From: Trichosphaerium sp. ATCC 40318
Taxonomy: Eukaryota > Protista > Tubulinea
Assembly (NCBI GenBank): GCA_038496445.1
Contig: JALMLS010000455.1
Location: 186,001-250,000 of the forward strand
Length of the DNA: 64,000 nucleotides
Direction: 5' to 3'
Part shown: positions 39,826 to 50,600 of the stretch, in pieces
Numbering within the stretch: position 1 is the first letter of the stretch
Layout: each line of letters opens with the position of its first letter
Notes under the pieces: model-generated
Told to the model about the DNA's origin: nothing
The model's input: only the letters and a program-made list of their open reading frames with translations
Databases searched by the model: none
Translations under genes and position numbers: made by a program

Positions 39826-40521
39826 TCTACAATAAACGAAATTGTGACTAATACCGGTTGGTAATCACGATAAAGCCTGGTTAGATATATACACCACGGC
39901 TTTTTTATCAGTAAAAATAAGCCAAATATCCACGAAATTTCAACGGAACTTTATGCCACTTAGGATTAGGCAAAATTTACGTATACACGAATATAATTTA
40001 GAGTACGTATACTACCTGGCGGTTGAGTGTAAACTGTGAGCATAACATGTTCGGCACATAGTACAAATTTATTCATTTGTCTTTTTTACGCTAAGCTCAT
40101 TCAACAGCATTTCTTGCCTTTTTCTCAACTTTTCTCTTGAGGACCTAAAGCTGTTCAAAGGAGAGAACAATGCTAATGGAACTAGCGAATAATTACAGTT
40201 AGAACGTTGAATCTAATGGACCGATTACACAACCTCCATTTTTACTAATGTTTACTTTTACGGCTTGGCGCTTTTCTAGCGCCCTTTACATATCTGTGAT
40301 AAAAAACTTTGGTTAGAGTCTTTTTGAATTGTTGAGCCAAGTATCAAAGAATGGAGAAGCGAATCCTATTCATAAGAACACGTGTTAAAAATATACACCT
40401 AACGAATCATAAACCACAATTTTTTTCAGAAATAGCTTCTTCGGTTTTTATATCAAATCTTGACAAGAATTGACGAGGTGCTCCAATGTCAAACTGCCAA
40501 GCAAACAGTATCCTCTTCAAT

Positions 40522-40566
40522 AACTCTCCAAAAGTTGTGGCCTCGGTTCGATTCCGGGTAAGCACT
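40522..40566 (+). tRNA. 3' half of a circularly permuted tRNA, anticodon CCA (Trp-decoding)
   Basis: AACT CT-CCA-AA AGTTG TGGC CTCGG TTCGATT CCGGG TAAGCAC T. There is no D-arm upstream, and TAAGCAC pairs perfectly with GTGCTTA at 40645. Confidence 0.8.
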
Positions 40567-40568
40567 CC

Positions 40569-40642
40569 GTCATCTGTGGTGTAACGGTCAACATATCCAT
40601 CTCTAGCATTGAAGCTTCCAGTTCGACTCTGGGCGGATGACA
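40569..40642 (+). tRNA. Complete tRNA with anticodon CTA (amber), nested in the permuted tRNA spacer
   Basis: GTCATCTG TG GTGT AACGGTCA ACAT A TCCAT CT-CTA-GC ATTGA AGCT TCCAG TTCGACT CTGGG CGGATGAC A; full cloverleaf with one C:U mismatch in the anticodon stem. Confidence 0.75.
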
Positions 40643-40644
40643 TC

Positions 40645-40672
40645 GTGCTTATGGTGTAGTGGCAGCACTCAA
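40645..40672 (+). tRNA. 5' half of the circularly permuted tRNA(CCA)
   Basis: GTGCTTA TG GTGT AGTGGCA GCAC T CAA: acceptor 5' strand plus a complete D-arm, followed by AGAGGATACT, which is complementary to 40507-40516. Confidence 0.8.
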
Positions 40673-40756
40673 GCAGAGGATACTATGAACTCAGTGCTAG
40701 ATCTCATAACTCTATAACACAGAGATTCAATTTGCTGGCTATGACTCAATCACCCC

Positions 40757-40764
40757 TTTTTTTT
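40757..40764 (+). terminator. Pol III oligo-T terminator of the tRNA locus
   Basis: T8 run; the first long T run downstream of the 5' half. Confidence 0.6.
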
Positions 40765-40961
40765 GTTCAATGCTTTAATCTAGCACGCGCCAACACTGTT
40801 TTTGTGAATGGTTAAACTAAGGGTTGGTGAATTGGTACAAATCAAATAAAGGAGGCAGCATAACAGATAGAACAGAACTCCTGTAATACCTCTTTCAGCA
40901 GCAATATGAGACAAATGCAATGGTTTCAAAAAAAAGCAGAATTTGTGAAAGTTTCATTCTT

Positions 40962-43900
40962 TTATTGTTGACGTTCATATTCCCCTTCAAATACAGTCTC
41001 TCTATCCGTTTGTATATCAATGGTAGAAACATCTGTGTATTTAGCTAATTCCATATAAGTATAGTGAATCAATTACTTGGTAGTACTACTTACTTTGATG
41101 TCTATTTGAGTAATATGGGAAAACCTTATTTCTTAATGGTGGAATTAAAAATGTCAAGAATAATATGATAATACTCAAAGCAGCAACAGATCCTACTACA
41201 ATACCTACTATAGCACCAGTAGATAAATTAGTCTGATGTGCACATATATCAGCGAAGAAGAATACTACAATGAAAGAAGGTGAGAAGAGACAGGGCAAAC
41301 AACTACTTTGAAAGAAAAAAATACAACATCGCGATTTAAATACTAGCTAGTATACTCCGTAAGGGTTGCCCTTATTTTTGCGCAATGAATAATATAGAAT
41401 TCATAAGACAGGATTTGAAAAGTGATACAATCAATTATCACGTGTCATCAGCGAGATAAATTTCAATGAACAGTACCCAACAAAAGAGAACAGAGAAGCA
41501 CTTGCCTGAGTAGTAATGAGGTGGCTGGCGTGTTGTATAGCTACTACATTTATCAACTTCATCTATAACCATAAGATTAATCTTCCCTGAGCATGTTGGA
41601 TCCTTGCTCCCGTATTTTAACATGTCCATACTACTATCAACTCCTGTGTCAAAGACTTTTGAGAAGTTGATATTAAATACAACTTCATCAAGGCAAACTG
41701 ATCCTAATCGTTTTTTCCTTTGTTAGAAACTATGTTTAACGCTAAAAAGAAAAACCTGTTATGTGTATTATCGCATCATCTGATGAGAAAGTGATGCTAT
41801 TATTGAGTATGATATCACCAGTTATGATCAAAGGCTCTGATATGACGACTTTGATATCGGGAAGAGTTCTCGTTTCGTTGACAAGACAAGTCACTTCATA
41901 TGCGCCGTCTTCATTACACATTGCTCCCTTTATAATACGAATATTAGAAATAAAAAAAGGGCATAAGCGTACAGCAATGAGTGGAGGTGGAGAATCACAT
42001 TTACAGTTGTGCCCATACTTGTTTGGATTGCCAAAACATGCTGTAAAAGAACATTACAAAGATGTACATTTTTCTGTTATTTACGTAAACATCCGACAGG
42101 TAAACCCACATTATAGTACTGTACTGTATTATTCACTGGACAGCATACTTGAGTATCAGTTAACATGCTATAAATAAAAATGGTAAGATAGACAAACTTC
42201 GGAATAGAAGTAATTATTGTGAAAATATACAAAAAAAGTCCACAAAAAATTAATCAAATCCATCAAAAAGGCCAACTTTTGTTAAACCTTGATACGCACA
42301 TGCTGATATCAGACTCCACCAAGAAATCTATCACAGTTGTTAATGTGAGAAACAAAAATAAAAGGGAGATATCTTGTCGTGAGTGATTCTATGTAAAACA
42401 ACAAGAAATAGCAATGTTGCTCACTCGCATGATTTGTTTTATCACGAAGACTTGAAATACCCAAAAGTGAGAAACGAACTTGAATTAAATTGGCTTTACT
42501 CGCCAAAAAGAAACTTATGTAGTATTTCTTCATCAAGAGCTTATAAAGTCTGAAAATGGATAGACCATTTGGCTAAACTGGCTATTTTTTGGGAAACAAA
42601 TTTTTCACAATTCTGCTTTACAATCTCTTATGTTTGTACCTGTTTGACCACCAATCATTTTGTTACCACCAAGAAATATTGTTCCCTTCGCTTCTAAGAA
42701 GTAAGGCAACATTGATTCTGTCAAAAAATCAGTGAGATTATTGTTGTTCAAGTAAATAGCTGCGTCATTCTGAAAGATCTCTAGAGGAATTTTTCCATAA
42801 AACTGATTGTGGTCCAATGACATAGAACCCCCGTATCCAAAATTAATAGAGTGCCAATCCTGTTTTGTCAAGTCACCAGTAAGATTGTTGAAGCCAATAT
42901 TACTAGTCGTTTTTTTAAGCGCTTAACCCACCAGTTGTTTTTTCATTGAAAAAAAAACCAGAAAAAAACAATAAACTTTTTTGGCTGAAAGTATTGCTAC
43001 CTCCTGAAAGATTTTGGAGACAGTAAAGATGTCATCACCACAAGCAAATCTTCATTGTTTGATCAACAAAAATAAATTGTTTTGAGAACGTACACACTTG
43101 ATACATTGAATTTGATAGATCTTGCAAAGTTATCAGGTAATTCTCCGCTAAACAGGTTTCGCCGTATTGAGCTACAGTAAACATCCGTTTAATTACATGT
43201 TCGCGATAGAATAGGTTTATACTTACTATATTGTGAGGTTTTGTAGGCCCAGAGGAGTCATAGGCAGGGGTCCTGATATCCAATTGTCATACAAAGAACT
43301 TACAAAAAAAAGGTGAGCATTTTGAATAGAGCAATTTCACGAGGTAGTATATCACGTGACGCACAATAAGGTAAGACCATCCATGTGACTAAAATCATCT
43401 GTGATACTTGTAAATTGGTTCGAATCCAAGTGACTATAGAGGTTGTAAGCTTAAACAAAAGAAAAACACTTGAGAACAAAACACGAATTACACTTACAAA
43501 AAAATAAGAACTGACGATTCAAACCGTGGTATATGTCCTGTAAAGTTATTTGCACGTAGATTGAGTATTTCCAAATTAGGTAATTTGGCTATTGGTGTAA
43601 TATTTCCACTTAAGAAGTTATTGGCTAACAACCTAATAAAAGTAAGGGGAAGGCAACTTAAACACAAACGTACAATACTGTTAAGTTATGGAGCTGACTA
43701 ATGGATTCTGGGATTTCTCCACTCAATTTATTCCCACTAAGCTCCCTAAACTCATTAGTGATATAAGGTTTATCCTACAGTACAAGTAGTCGAGGCTGCG
43801 TAAGTTGCTCAGATCAGGAAAAATGCTATCAATGCCACATTGAGACAAATCTCTTTTTTCGAAGTTAAGGAGACAAAAAATAGTCTTATCAAAAAGAGTA

Positions 43901-45265
43901 ACAAAGGATACAACTGCTCTAGATTTCTCAAATTTAGCATGTTATCTAAAGTATCTGGGCTCATTTCACTTTCACATCGCGAAAAACTGAGAACCTAGTA
44001 AACTTAAGTACAAACAAACAATCGTAAAATCAAATTCTAAAATTGATCTATTGCTTTTCCACAGCGCTTGATATCCACGGTACCCGCAGAGATGGTAAAT
44101 CCAGAGAAGGAATTGCTGTTATCGAATTACCAGCTAGAGTCCTACACGTGGTACTTAGCAACAGGGCTTACTTTGTTGGGGTTTTATGAAATATAACGTA
44201 CAATATCTCCAGAAAAGCTCCAGAAAGTACTGGCATTTCTGTTAAAAAGCAATCATCGAAGTGCCTGTAACAATACTTAGCGCGTGACAAAATATACAAT
44301 TCTCGAAAAAATACGTACAATTCTATAATCGGCTTCCACTCAGCTTCTAATACTGTGTTTCTTTTGAAAACTCTGGGAGTAGTTGGTCGCATAGTTGGAC
44401 GCATTGTTGGTGCTAAGGGCGCTGAAGGTGTTGTTGAATTTGAAGGTGCAATAGGAGCTAGTGGTGCTTCTGTAGGCGGATCAACAGGCGCTTCAGTTGG
44501 AGGATCAACAGGCGCTTCAGTTGGAGGTATTGGCTGCTCTGTAGGAGGCATGGTTGATGGCACAATCGTAGTTGTTGGCTCAACTGTCGTTGGCTCAACT
44601 GTTGTTGGTGCCACAGTAGGTGGTAATGTTGGGGCTCCTTGTGCAAGTGTCAAACGTATCAAACCATCAAATCTGACACCTCGAAATGATCTAAAATACG
44701 AATTAGAGAAAGTCCCAAAAATACACGATTAAAAAAAGAGAACGTACACGATAGTGAGAAGGGGAACGTTTGTAAGGAACTCTAGGTCACTTGAAATGGG
44801 AAAAGTATACCCAATAACAGTTCTACAAGCATTAGATAGTTACAGGAAGCGCGTGCTTCGTACAATGATGTCAAATGTTTGAGAAAGCGCAAAGAGGATG
44901 GAAGCGCATATGGAGGTTCAGTAGGATCAAAAGGGCATTCATTGCTTTGTAAATTCAAAATTCTAGAAAAGATTAGAGTTTTACTGGAAGTTACAATATC
45001 GTACAATTCTGTTACTGCGCCAGTATCATTACACGTGACCTAATAGTAAAATTAACAAGTCACGTGATTTTAAATAAATCGAGGTTGGTTTTTATTATTG
45101 TAAATTGGATAAATGGCGTCGTACTACTGTATTGTCGTTACAAGTAAGGTTATAAGGTAAACATAATGAAGCCGATAATGTATCAAGAATATCCTGATCT
45201 CTTGCGACACAGGAGAGAGTAAAAAGGCTAAAGATAATAATAAGAAGAAGCGACTCCTTATTCAT
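40962..45265 (-). CDS. LRR-containing type I membrane protein with a Pro/Thr-rich insert
   Basis: Signal peptide MNKESLLLIIIFSLFTLSCVA; PTTVE/PPTEAPVD repeats (~44400-44630); LRRs (NLEQLDLSQCGI, LSGNKLSGEIP, LNLRANNFTGHIP); TM GAIVGIVVGSVAALSIIILFL; short cytoplasmic tail. Confidence 0.75.
43853..43911 (-). other. U12-type (minor spliceosome) GT-AG intron
   Basis: 5' site GTATCCTTT; branch point TCCTTAAC shortly before the AG; removal restores LRNLEQL|DLSQCGI. Confidence 0.85.
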
Positions 45266-45416
45266 CTTGTTTTGACATAAATCTTAACGGGAGTTTTTGA
45301 CAGCCAAAAACTTTGTTGGTCTGACTCGTTTAACAAAACGTCTTAAGGTTTATCACTTCAGAGTGGATGATGTTTATTATTTAGGTTTTGTACACCATTG
45401 TCGTTAAGACTTGAGG

Positions 45417-48020
45417 TTAAAAGGAAGACCAGTTTGGCGTTCCCTTATTTTTCTTTTTTTTAGTGGCAGCTCCACTAACTGAACCAAAATCAACCTTTCT
45501 CTTATTCCCTCTTTTCTTTGTTCCTGCTTTTGCCATATATTTACCAACGCCAGATCCAGATGAATTTATGCTTGGAGATGGATTACTATACCACGTGCCA
45601 ATCTCTTTCTAAACAAGGAAAATTAAAAACACGCTACAGAAAAAAACGAAAAACATACTGTTTGAACTGTTGGGTTTTCAAGCTCTTCCTTTTCAGCTTT
45701 CTCTTTATCTAGCTCTTCCTTTGTGAATGGGTTGACGAAAACCTTTGTATCAACTATCGTAATATCTTTCTGTAGTAGCAAAAGCAATTAAAATCAACAT
45801 TGGAAGATATCCAAAATAGTACGTACAACTGGTCTGTCATCAACATCTGTAATAACGGCTTCCATCTTATTAAGAACTTCCATACCACCAACTAACTCAC
45901 CAAATATTGTGTGCTTTCTGTTAAGATGTTTACATGACTTGAAAGTAATGTAGCTACGGAAGACGTCAGTCAGAAAAAGCTACAATATAGCAAAAAAAAT
46001 ATATGAACAAAAAGCAAGTTGTTATTTCTCTTAGGCTCAAAGCGTGAATCATTTTTGTCAATGTAGATGTGCGTACAATTGAGACTTATTTGTATTTTCA
46101 CCACTATTTGCCATACAAATTAATCCACGTTTGTGGTGGCTCAATTTTTCTACTTTAAACTCATCTTTAAACGGTATTTTCCATATAGATTCACCGCCTT
46201 TACCAGTGCCTGTTGGGTCACCACCTTGGATCTAGACGTAAAAATAAATAAACAATCAAAATCACGTGAAATATTTGAACCCAAAACCAGCTCTGACGTA
46301 ATAAAAAAACAAGTGTTAAGTTTTTGCGTGGAAAAGAAAATTGAACATGTTCGTACCATAAAGTATTTTATACTTCTATGAAACTTTGTATCCTTATAGT
46401 ATTTATTCTCACAATGTACCAAGAAATTCTCGCAAGCCAAAGGAGTCTAGAAAATACAATGAGAAAAGGAATAAACAACCAGGAACTAATTTCTTTTCAC
46501 AAAAAAAAAATCGAAAAGGAGACTCATATCACAGTTCTAGTAGTTCACAACTGCTTTTTTCCCCACCCACAGAAAGCAATTACTGTATGTCTTATTCGCT
46601 TATAAGCGTTAAAAACCAAACAGTATTTTCAAAGGGGGTGGGGAGCAAAAAAGCGAAGAATTTGAACGATGTGAACTGGAACAGTCCTAGTGATCAGATT
46701 GAGCTCCGATTTCTTTCTATTCACAAGAAAAAAAACAATGATCAACGTACAATGTCACAATGTAGCTTAAAGTTCAAAGCACCAAAATTAGTAATAAGTT
46801 GTGCATAACCCTTCTTTGACGTCTTCTTAGCATGTATGATATCTTTTTTTAAATGACGTGCATCAAAAGCACTTGATGTGAATCCAGCAGAAGCATACTT
46901 GTTTTGTATCTCCTTTGAAGGTACTACATGTTCACCTAGCTTTTCTCTATCTGTCTGTGCCATCTTTTCTTCATCCATCTTAGCCATCTCACGGAATACT
47001 TTCTCTGTGAGTCTCGTTTTAGTAATATTTGTTCGTTTGTCTTTAACTGGCGCTTGGTGGTTTTTAATATGCCAGAAATGAGATGCATTGCGTGCTACTG
47101 TATTCTTAGGATCCTATACGTATCGTTAACACGAATAAAGCTTAAATGAAGCAAGATAAAGTCAAAAAAATGAAAAAAATTGCGCGGAGCATTTCTCGCT
47201 TGTCAAACAAGTACAATTCGCACAACTGCGTTAAAAAAATACTAGAGGTATATGCATACCTGTAGGTGAATAATATCGCTCTTCTCGAATGGCTTTTCAG
47301 TAAGTAAATCTTTGTAATTTTTTGTTTTAATGTTGAGTGTTAACACGGCCTCGTATGAGTATACATTTCCTGTTGTTTTGATTGCAACAATATGTGTACT
47401 CTTTGTGAATACTTTAAAGGTCATAGGACAGTGATTCTCACCTATTGACAGGCGTCAGTTATTAAAAAAGTTAAAGCGCCAAAAAGAGCTAGGGTCGTTG
47501 TAGTTGTAACGAAAGTATCAAAGGAACCCATTTTAGAAACAGGAGTTGCCTTTCGCTTTGCATTTTACCGTTTTTGAAGCAGAATATTTAAAACATGACG
47601 TATGCGCGTAGATTAGCTAACAGCGTTTGTTGCGTACCTTGAGCATTAGTTGAAAAATGTAACTTTACTAGATCGCCCATTTTCATTTTCTTGCCGCTTG
47701 TTGGGTCTTTCTTATATTTTTGAAGCCAAGGAACGATGGCGCTAATAATATTAGAGGTTTACACGCAAACTGATTACAAACTCACACAATATCGAATATG
47801 ATACCATCTGGATTACACACGGGGTCTTGCCATGGCTGTAGCGTCAAAGCACAGTGATCGTATGGTAAAAGTTGTATTTTTTGTTCTTTTACGTCTTTTT
47901 TACCTCCAAACTCATTTACCCACTCAGAGTAGGTAATATAACTAATTTTTACATAAGATTCCGTTTATACTTCTTTCTCTTGGCGTACTTTCTATTCTGC
48001 TTTTTACCCTTGCGACCCAT
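45417..48020 (-). CDS. PPIL2: U-box cyclophilin (Cyp60/PPIL2)
   Basis: [80 protein letters not shown]. Confidence 0.93.
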
Positions 48021-48115
48021 TATTAAATAGCAGTTGTAGAGCAATGGAGAAAGACAAGAAGCTCCGTGACTTTAATTGTCGTTTTCAGGCTTTTCACATG
48101 AGCAATAGTTGGAAC

Positions 48116-49393
48116 ATGGAATTATACAAGTCTGATGAAAACGCTGACGACGTAAAAGCGTTCATTAAAGTATTTGATAATACTGACACTTCTTTCACTT
48201 ATTACTGTACAGCTAAACCTTGTTGGTGATGCTGGTGTTGGCAAGACGTGCTTACTACAACGCTATGGTATTTTATAGAAGTACTTCTACCAACTAATGT
48301 TGCTGGCAGTAAATGATACGTTTATGGAGGCGTACAAGGCCACCATTGGCTCTGATTTTCTCTGTACCAACATAACAGTCGAAGACAAAAGTTACACGCT
48401 ACAACTGTGGGTAAGTTGATTAGATATACTCCGTACTTATAAGTACACCATTCTGTGCGCCACAACTGACTTTTGTTAAAGGACACAGGTATGAACTTTC
48501 AAATAGGTACAAAACTAACTCTACTTCAATAAGCTGGCCAAGAGCGATTTCAGAGTTTAGGTACGAAGTGTTTTAGAATTGAAACATCGAAACTATATTA
48601 CTTAAGCTTTTTACTCCAATTTAACCCTTCCAATGAACTAAAACACGCGTCTCGAGTGTCTATAGTCACTTTTAGTGCTTGTATCTTGTACTCGCTTATT
48701 TTTACGACATTTCCAAATTACAAAAGTTGCTGACAGCTCAAAAGGAAAACACTTCTACCGTGGATCTGACTGTGGTATACTAGTATACGATGTAACCAAT
48801 GCCAAATCTTTTGAGGTACAATTTAATGGATACTCCAAATTATAATGCCACGTGATTAACTTTATATTTAGAACCTAGAGAGGTGGAGAAACGAATTTTT
48901 ATTGCGTGTATGTACAGTTTTTATAACTCTTTTCTTCCTTCTTGTGTCGCCCACTTTGTCTCCTGTCCTTGGCTGATAGATTTTTTTAGGCAAACGTCAC
49001 AGATCCTACTCAGTTTCCATTTGCAGTTATAGGTAATAAGGTTGATAGAGTAACAGAGCGTAAAGTCCCAGAAAGCAAAGCAAGAGATTGGTACAATCAA
49101 ACATTTGAGAAAAAAAATAATAGTGTATTTTCCGGAAAACAAAATTGTTCAGATTTCTCCGTTAGCGTCTTTAGATAGCTTCTCGTTTTATTTCTAATAT
49201 CAAAAATAGGTGTGATAGATGCGGATTTGACTATTTTGAGACAAGTGCCATGGACGCTGTTGGTGTTAAATCAGCTTTCCAAAAAATTGTAGAGTTGATG
49301 CCAAAACCAAGCAACTTGGTTGTTAGTAAAGACTCTGATGTAATTAAAGAACTCAGCAAACCTGTTGTCACAGAGAAGGGATGTTCATGTTAG
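48116..49393 (+). CDS. Rab7-like small GTPase
   Basis: GDAGVGKT, YKATIGSDF, WDTAGQERFQSLG, FYRGSDC, FPFAVIGNKVD, ETSA; C-terminal CSC prenylation motif. Confidence 0.88.
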
Positions 49394-49772
49394 TGTAGTG
49401 AAAAATATTGTACAATAAATCTCTTTTTTTTTTGAAATCAAAGTTCAAAAGAAAACTATAGTTGAAAATAAGGAGCAAAGATAGATACGAGATTTATACG
49501 TTGCATCATTATTGGTTGATGTACCAGTACCATTGATGAAAGTACTAAGTGCCACAAGATGAATTAAAAAATCCAAGGTATAATGTAAATAACCGTAAAC
49601 TGAAATCGAATGACATTTTCAATGCAATCTACCTGTTCTCTGACAGTGACAATCACGCTGAAATAACAAATTTTATTTTACCAACGATATGCAAACAATT
49701 GAAGAGTTGGAACGTAGTGTAATTTGTAATTTTTATGTACATTTTTCTGTTATTACATGAGCCTTTCTAAGC

Positions 49773-50600
49773 CTAAGCTGTATTCCTCCTACTGTTACGA
49801 TTTGTCTTAAATACTTGTCTATAATGCCATTTCGGTGGTTGTAAAGGAGACACACCATGTGTATAAGTAATGGCATACTCCAACTGCCCATCAAAATGCC
49901 ATTTTCTATACTCTCCATGAAGTTTGTTATCCAAAAAATTAGAAACAACGCAAGGATTCCCTGTCTTATACCACTGCTTAGATTCACCTTGTAATAAACC
50001 GTCCTTATAGAATTGCTTCGATTGTAAATTACCATTGGGATACCACTTCTTAGCTGTACCATCAAGTTTACCAGACTTACAAAAAGACAAACTTATCAAT
50101 TTACTAGTAGGTGTAAATCTTTCCCAAACTCCTTCTTTCTTCCCTCCTTCATAGAAACAGCGTGAAGAGCATCTTCCATTAAGATGATAAGTAAAATAAG
50201 CGCCTTGTCTTGAACCATTAATATATTCACCACGTGATAAAATCTGGCCATGAGGAGAATGGAAAGTCTCAAACGGTCCGTTTTTTTCACCGTTTTTTAG
50301 AGTGTATCGATGGAGTATTGCGCCATCATCACTCCATCGCTTACGTATTCCGTTCTCTAACCCTGATACGTATTGACGTTGTTCCACTAATGTATCGCCA
50401 CACCAACGCTTCCAAGTGCCGTTTTTTTCAAGTGAGTCGTTGAATCTAGAAGACGAAGCCATCGCCCGACAAATTAATGGCCAAATCGAAAAAACTTGTC
50501 TGTCTTGATCACATATTTCGAAGTGTAATTCCAGCGGTAACTCCAAGAGTGGACTACTAAACAGGAAATAAGGAAAGGTAAAGTTTTTGTAAAGTGACAT
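49773..50600 (-). CDS. Intronless F-box-like plus MORN-variant (YwqK-like) repeat protein
   Basis: LLELPLELHFEIC...ICR N-terminus; repeats such as GKLDGTAKKWYPNGNLQSKQFYKDGLLQGESKQWYKTG. Confidence 0.75.
   Translation of the reverse strand: MSLYKNFTFPYFLFSSPLLELPLELHFEICDQDRQVFSIWPLICRAMASSSRFNDSLEKNGTWKRWCGDTLVEQRQYVSGLENGIRKRWSDDGAILHRYTLKNGEKNGPFETFHSPHGQILSRGEYINGSRQGAYFTYHLNGRCSSRCFYEGGKKEGVWERFTPTSKLISLSFCKSGKLDGTAKKWYPNGNLQSKQFYKDGLLQGESKQWYKTGNPCVVSNFLDNKLHGEYRKWHFDGQLEYAITYTHGVSPLQPPKWHYRQVFKTNRNSRRNTA

Noticed and set aside
40085-40375. Possible small minus-strand gene between SRP54 and the tRNA locus
   Set aside because: I could not assemble a consistent spliced reading frame.
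40534-40542. GTTGTGGCC resembles a tRNA-His anticodon loop
   Set aside because: It runs directly into the T-arm with no room for a 3' stem or variable loop; the CCA arm folds properly.
40407-40643. 78-aa minus-strand ORF
   Set aside because: It is antisense to the tRNA locus and has no protein features.
40522-40672. Two-piece (permuted) tmRNA
   Set aside because: There is no G3:U70 alanine identity or tag ORF, and a full D-arm and anticodon arm are present.
40645-40764. U6 snRNA resemblance (GTGCT...GGCAGCAC, ACAGAGA, oligo-T)
   Set aside because: ACAGAGA is not followed by AGATTAGC and the spacing is wrong; the 5' part is explained by the tRNA half.
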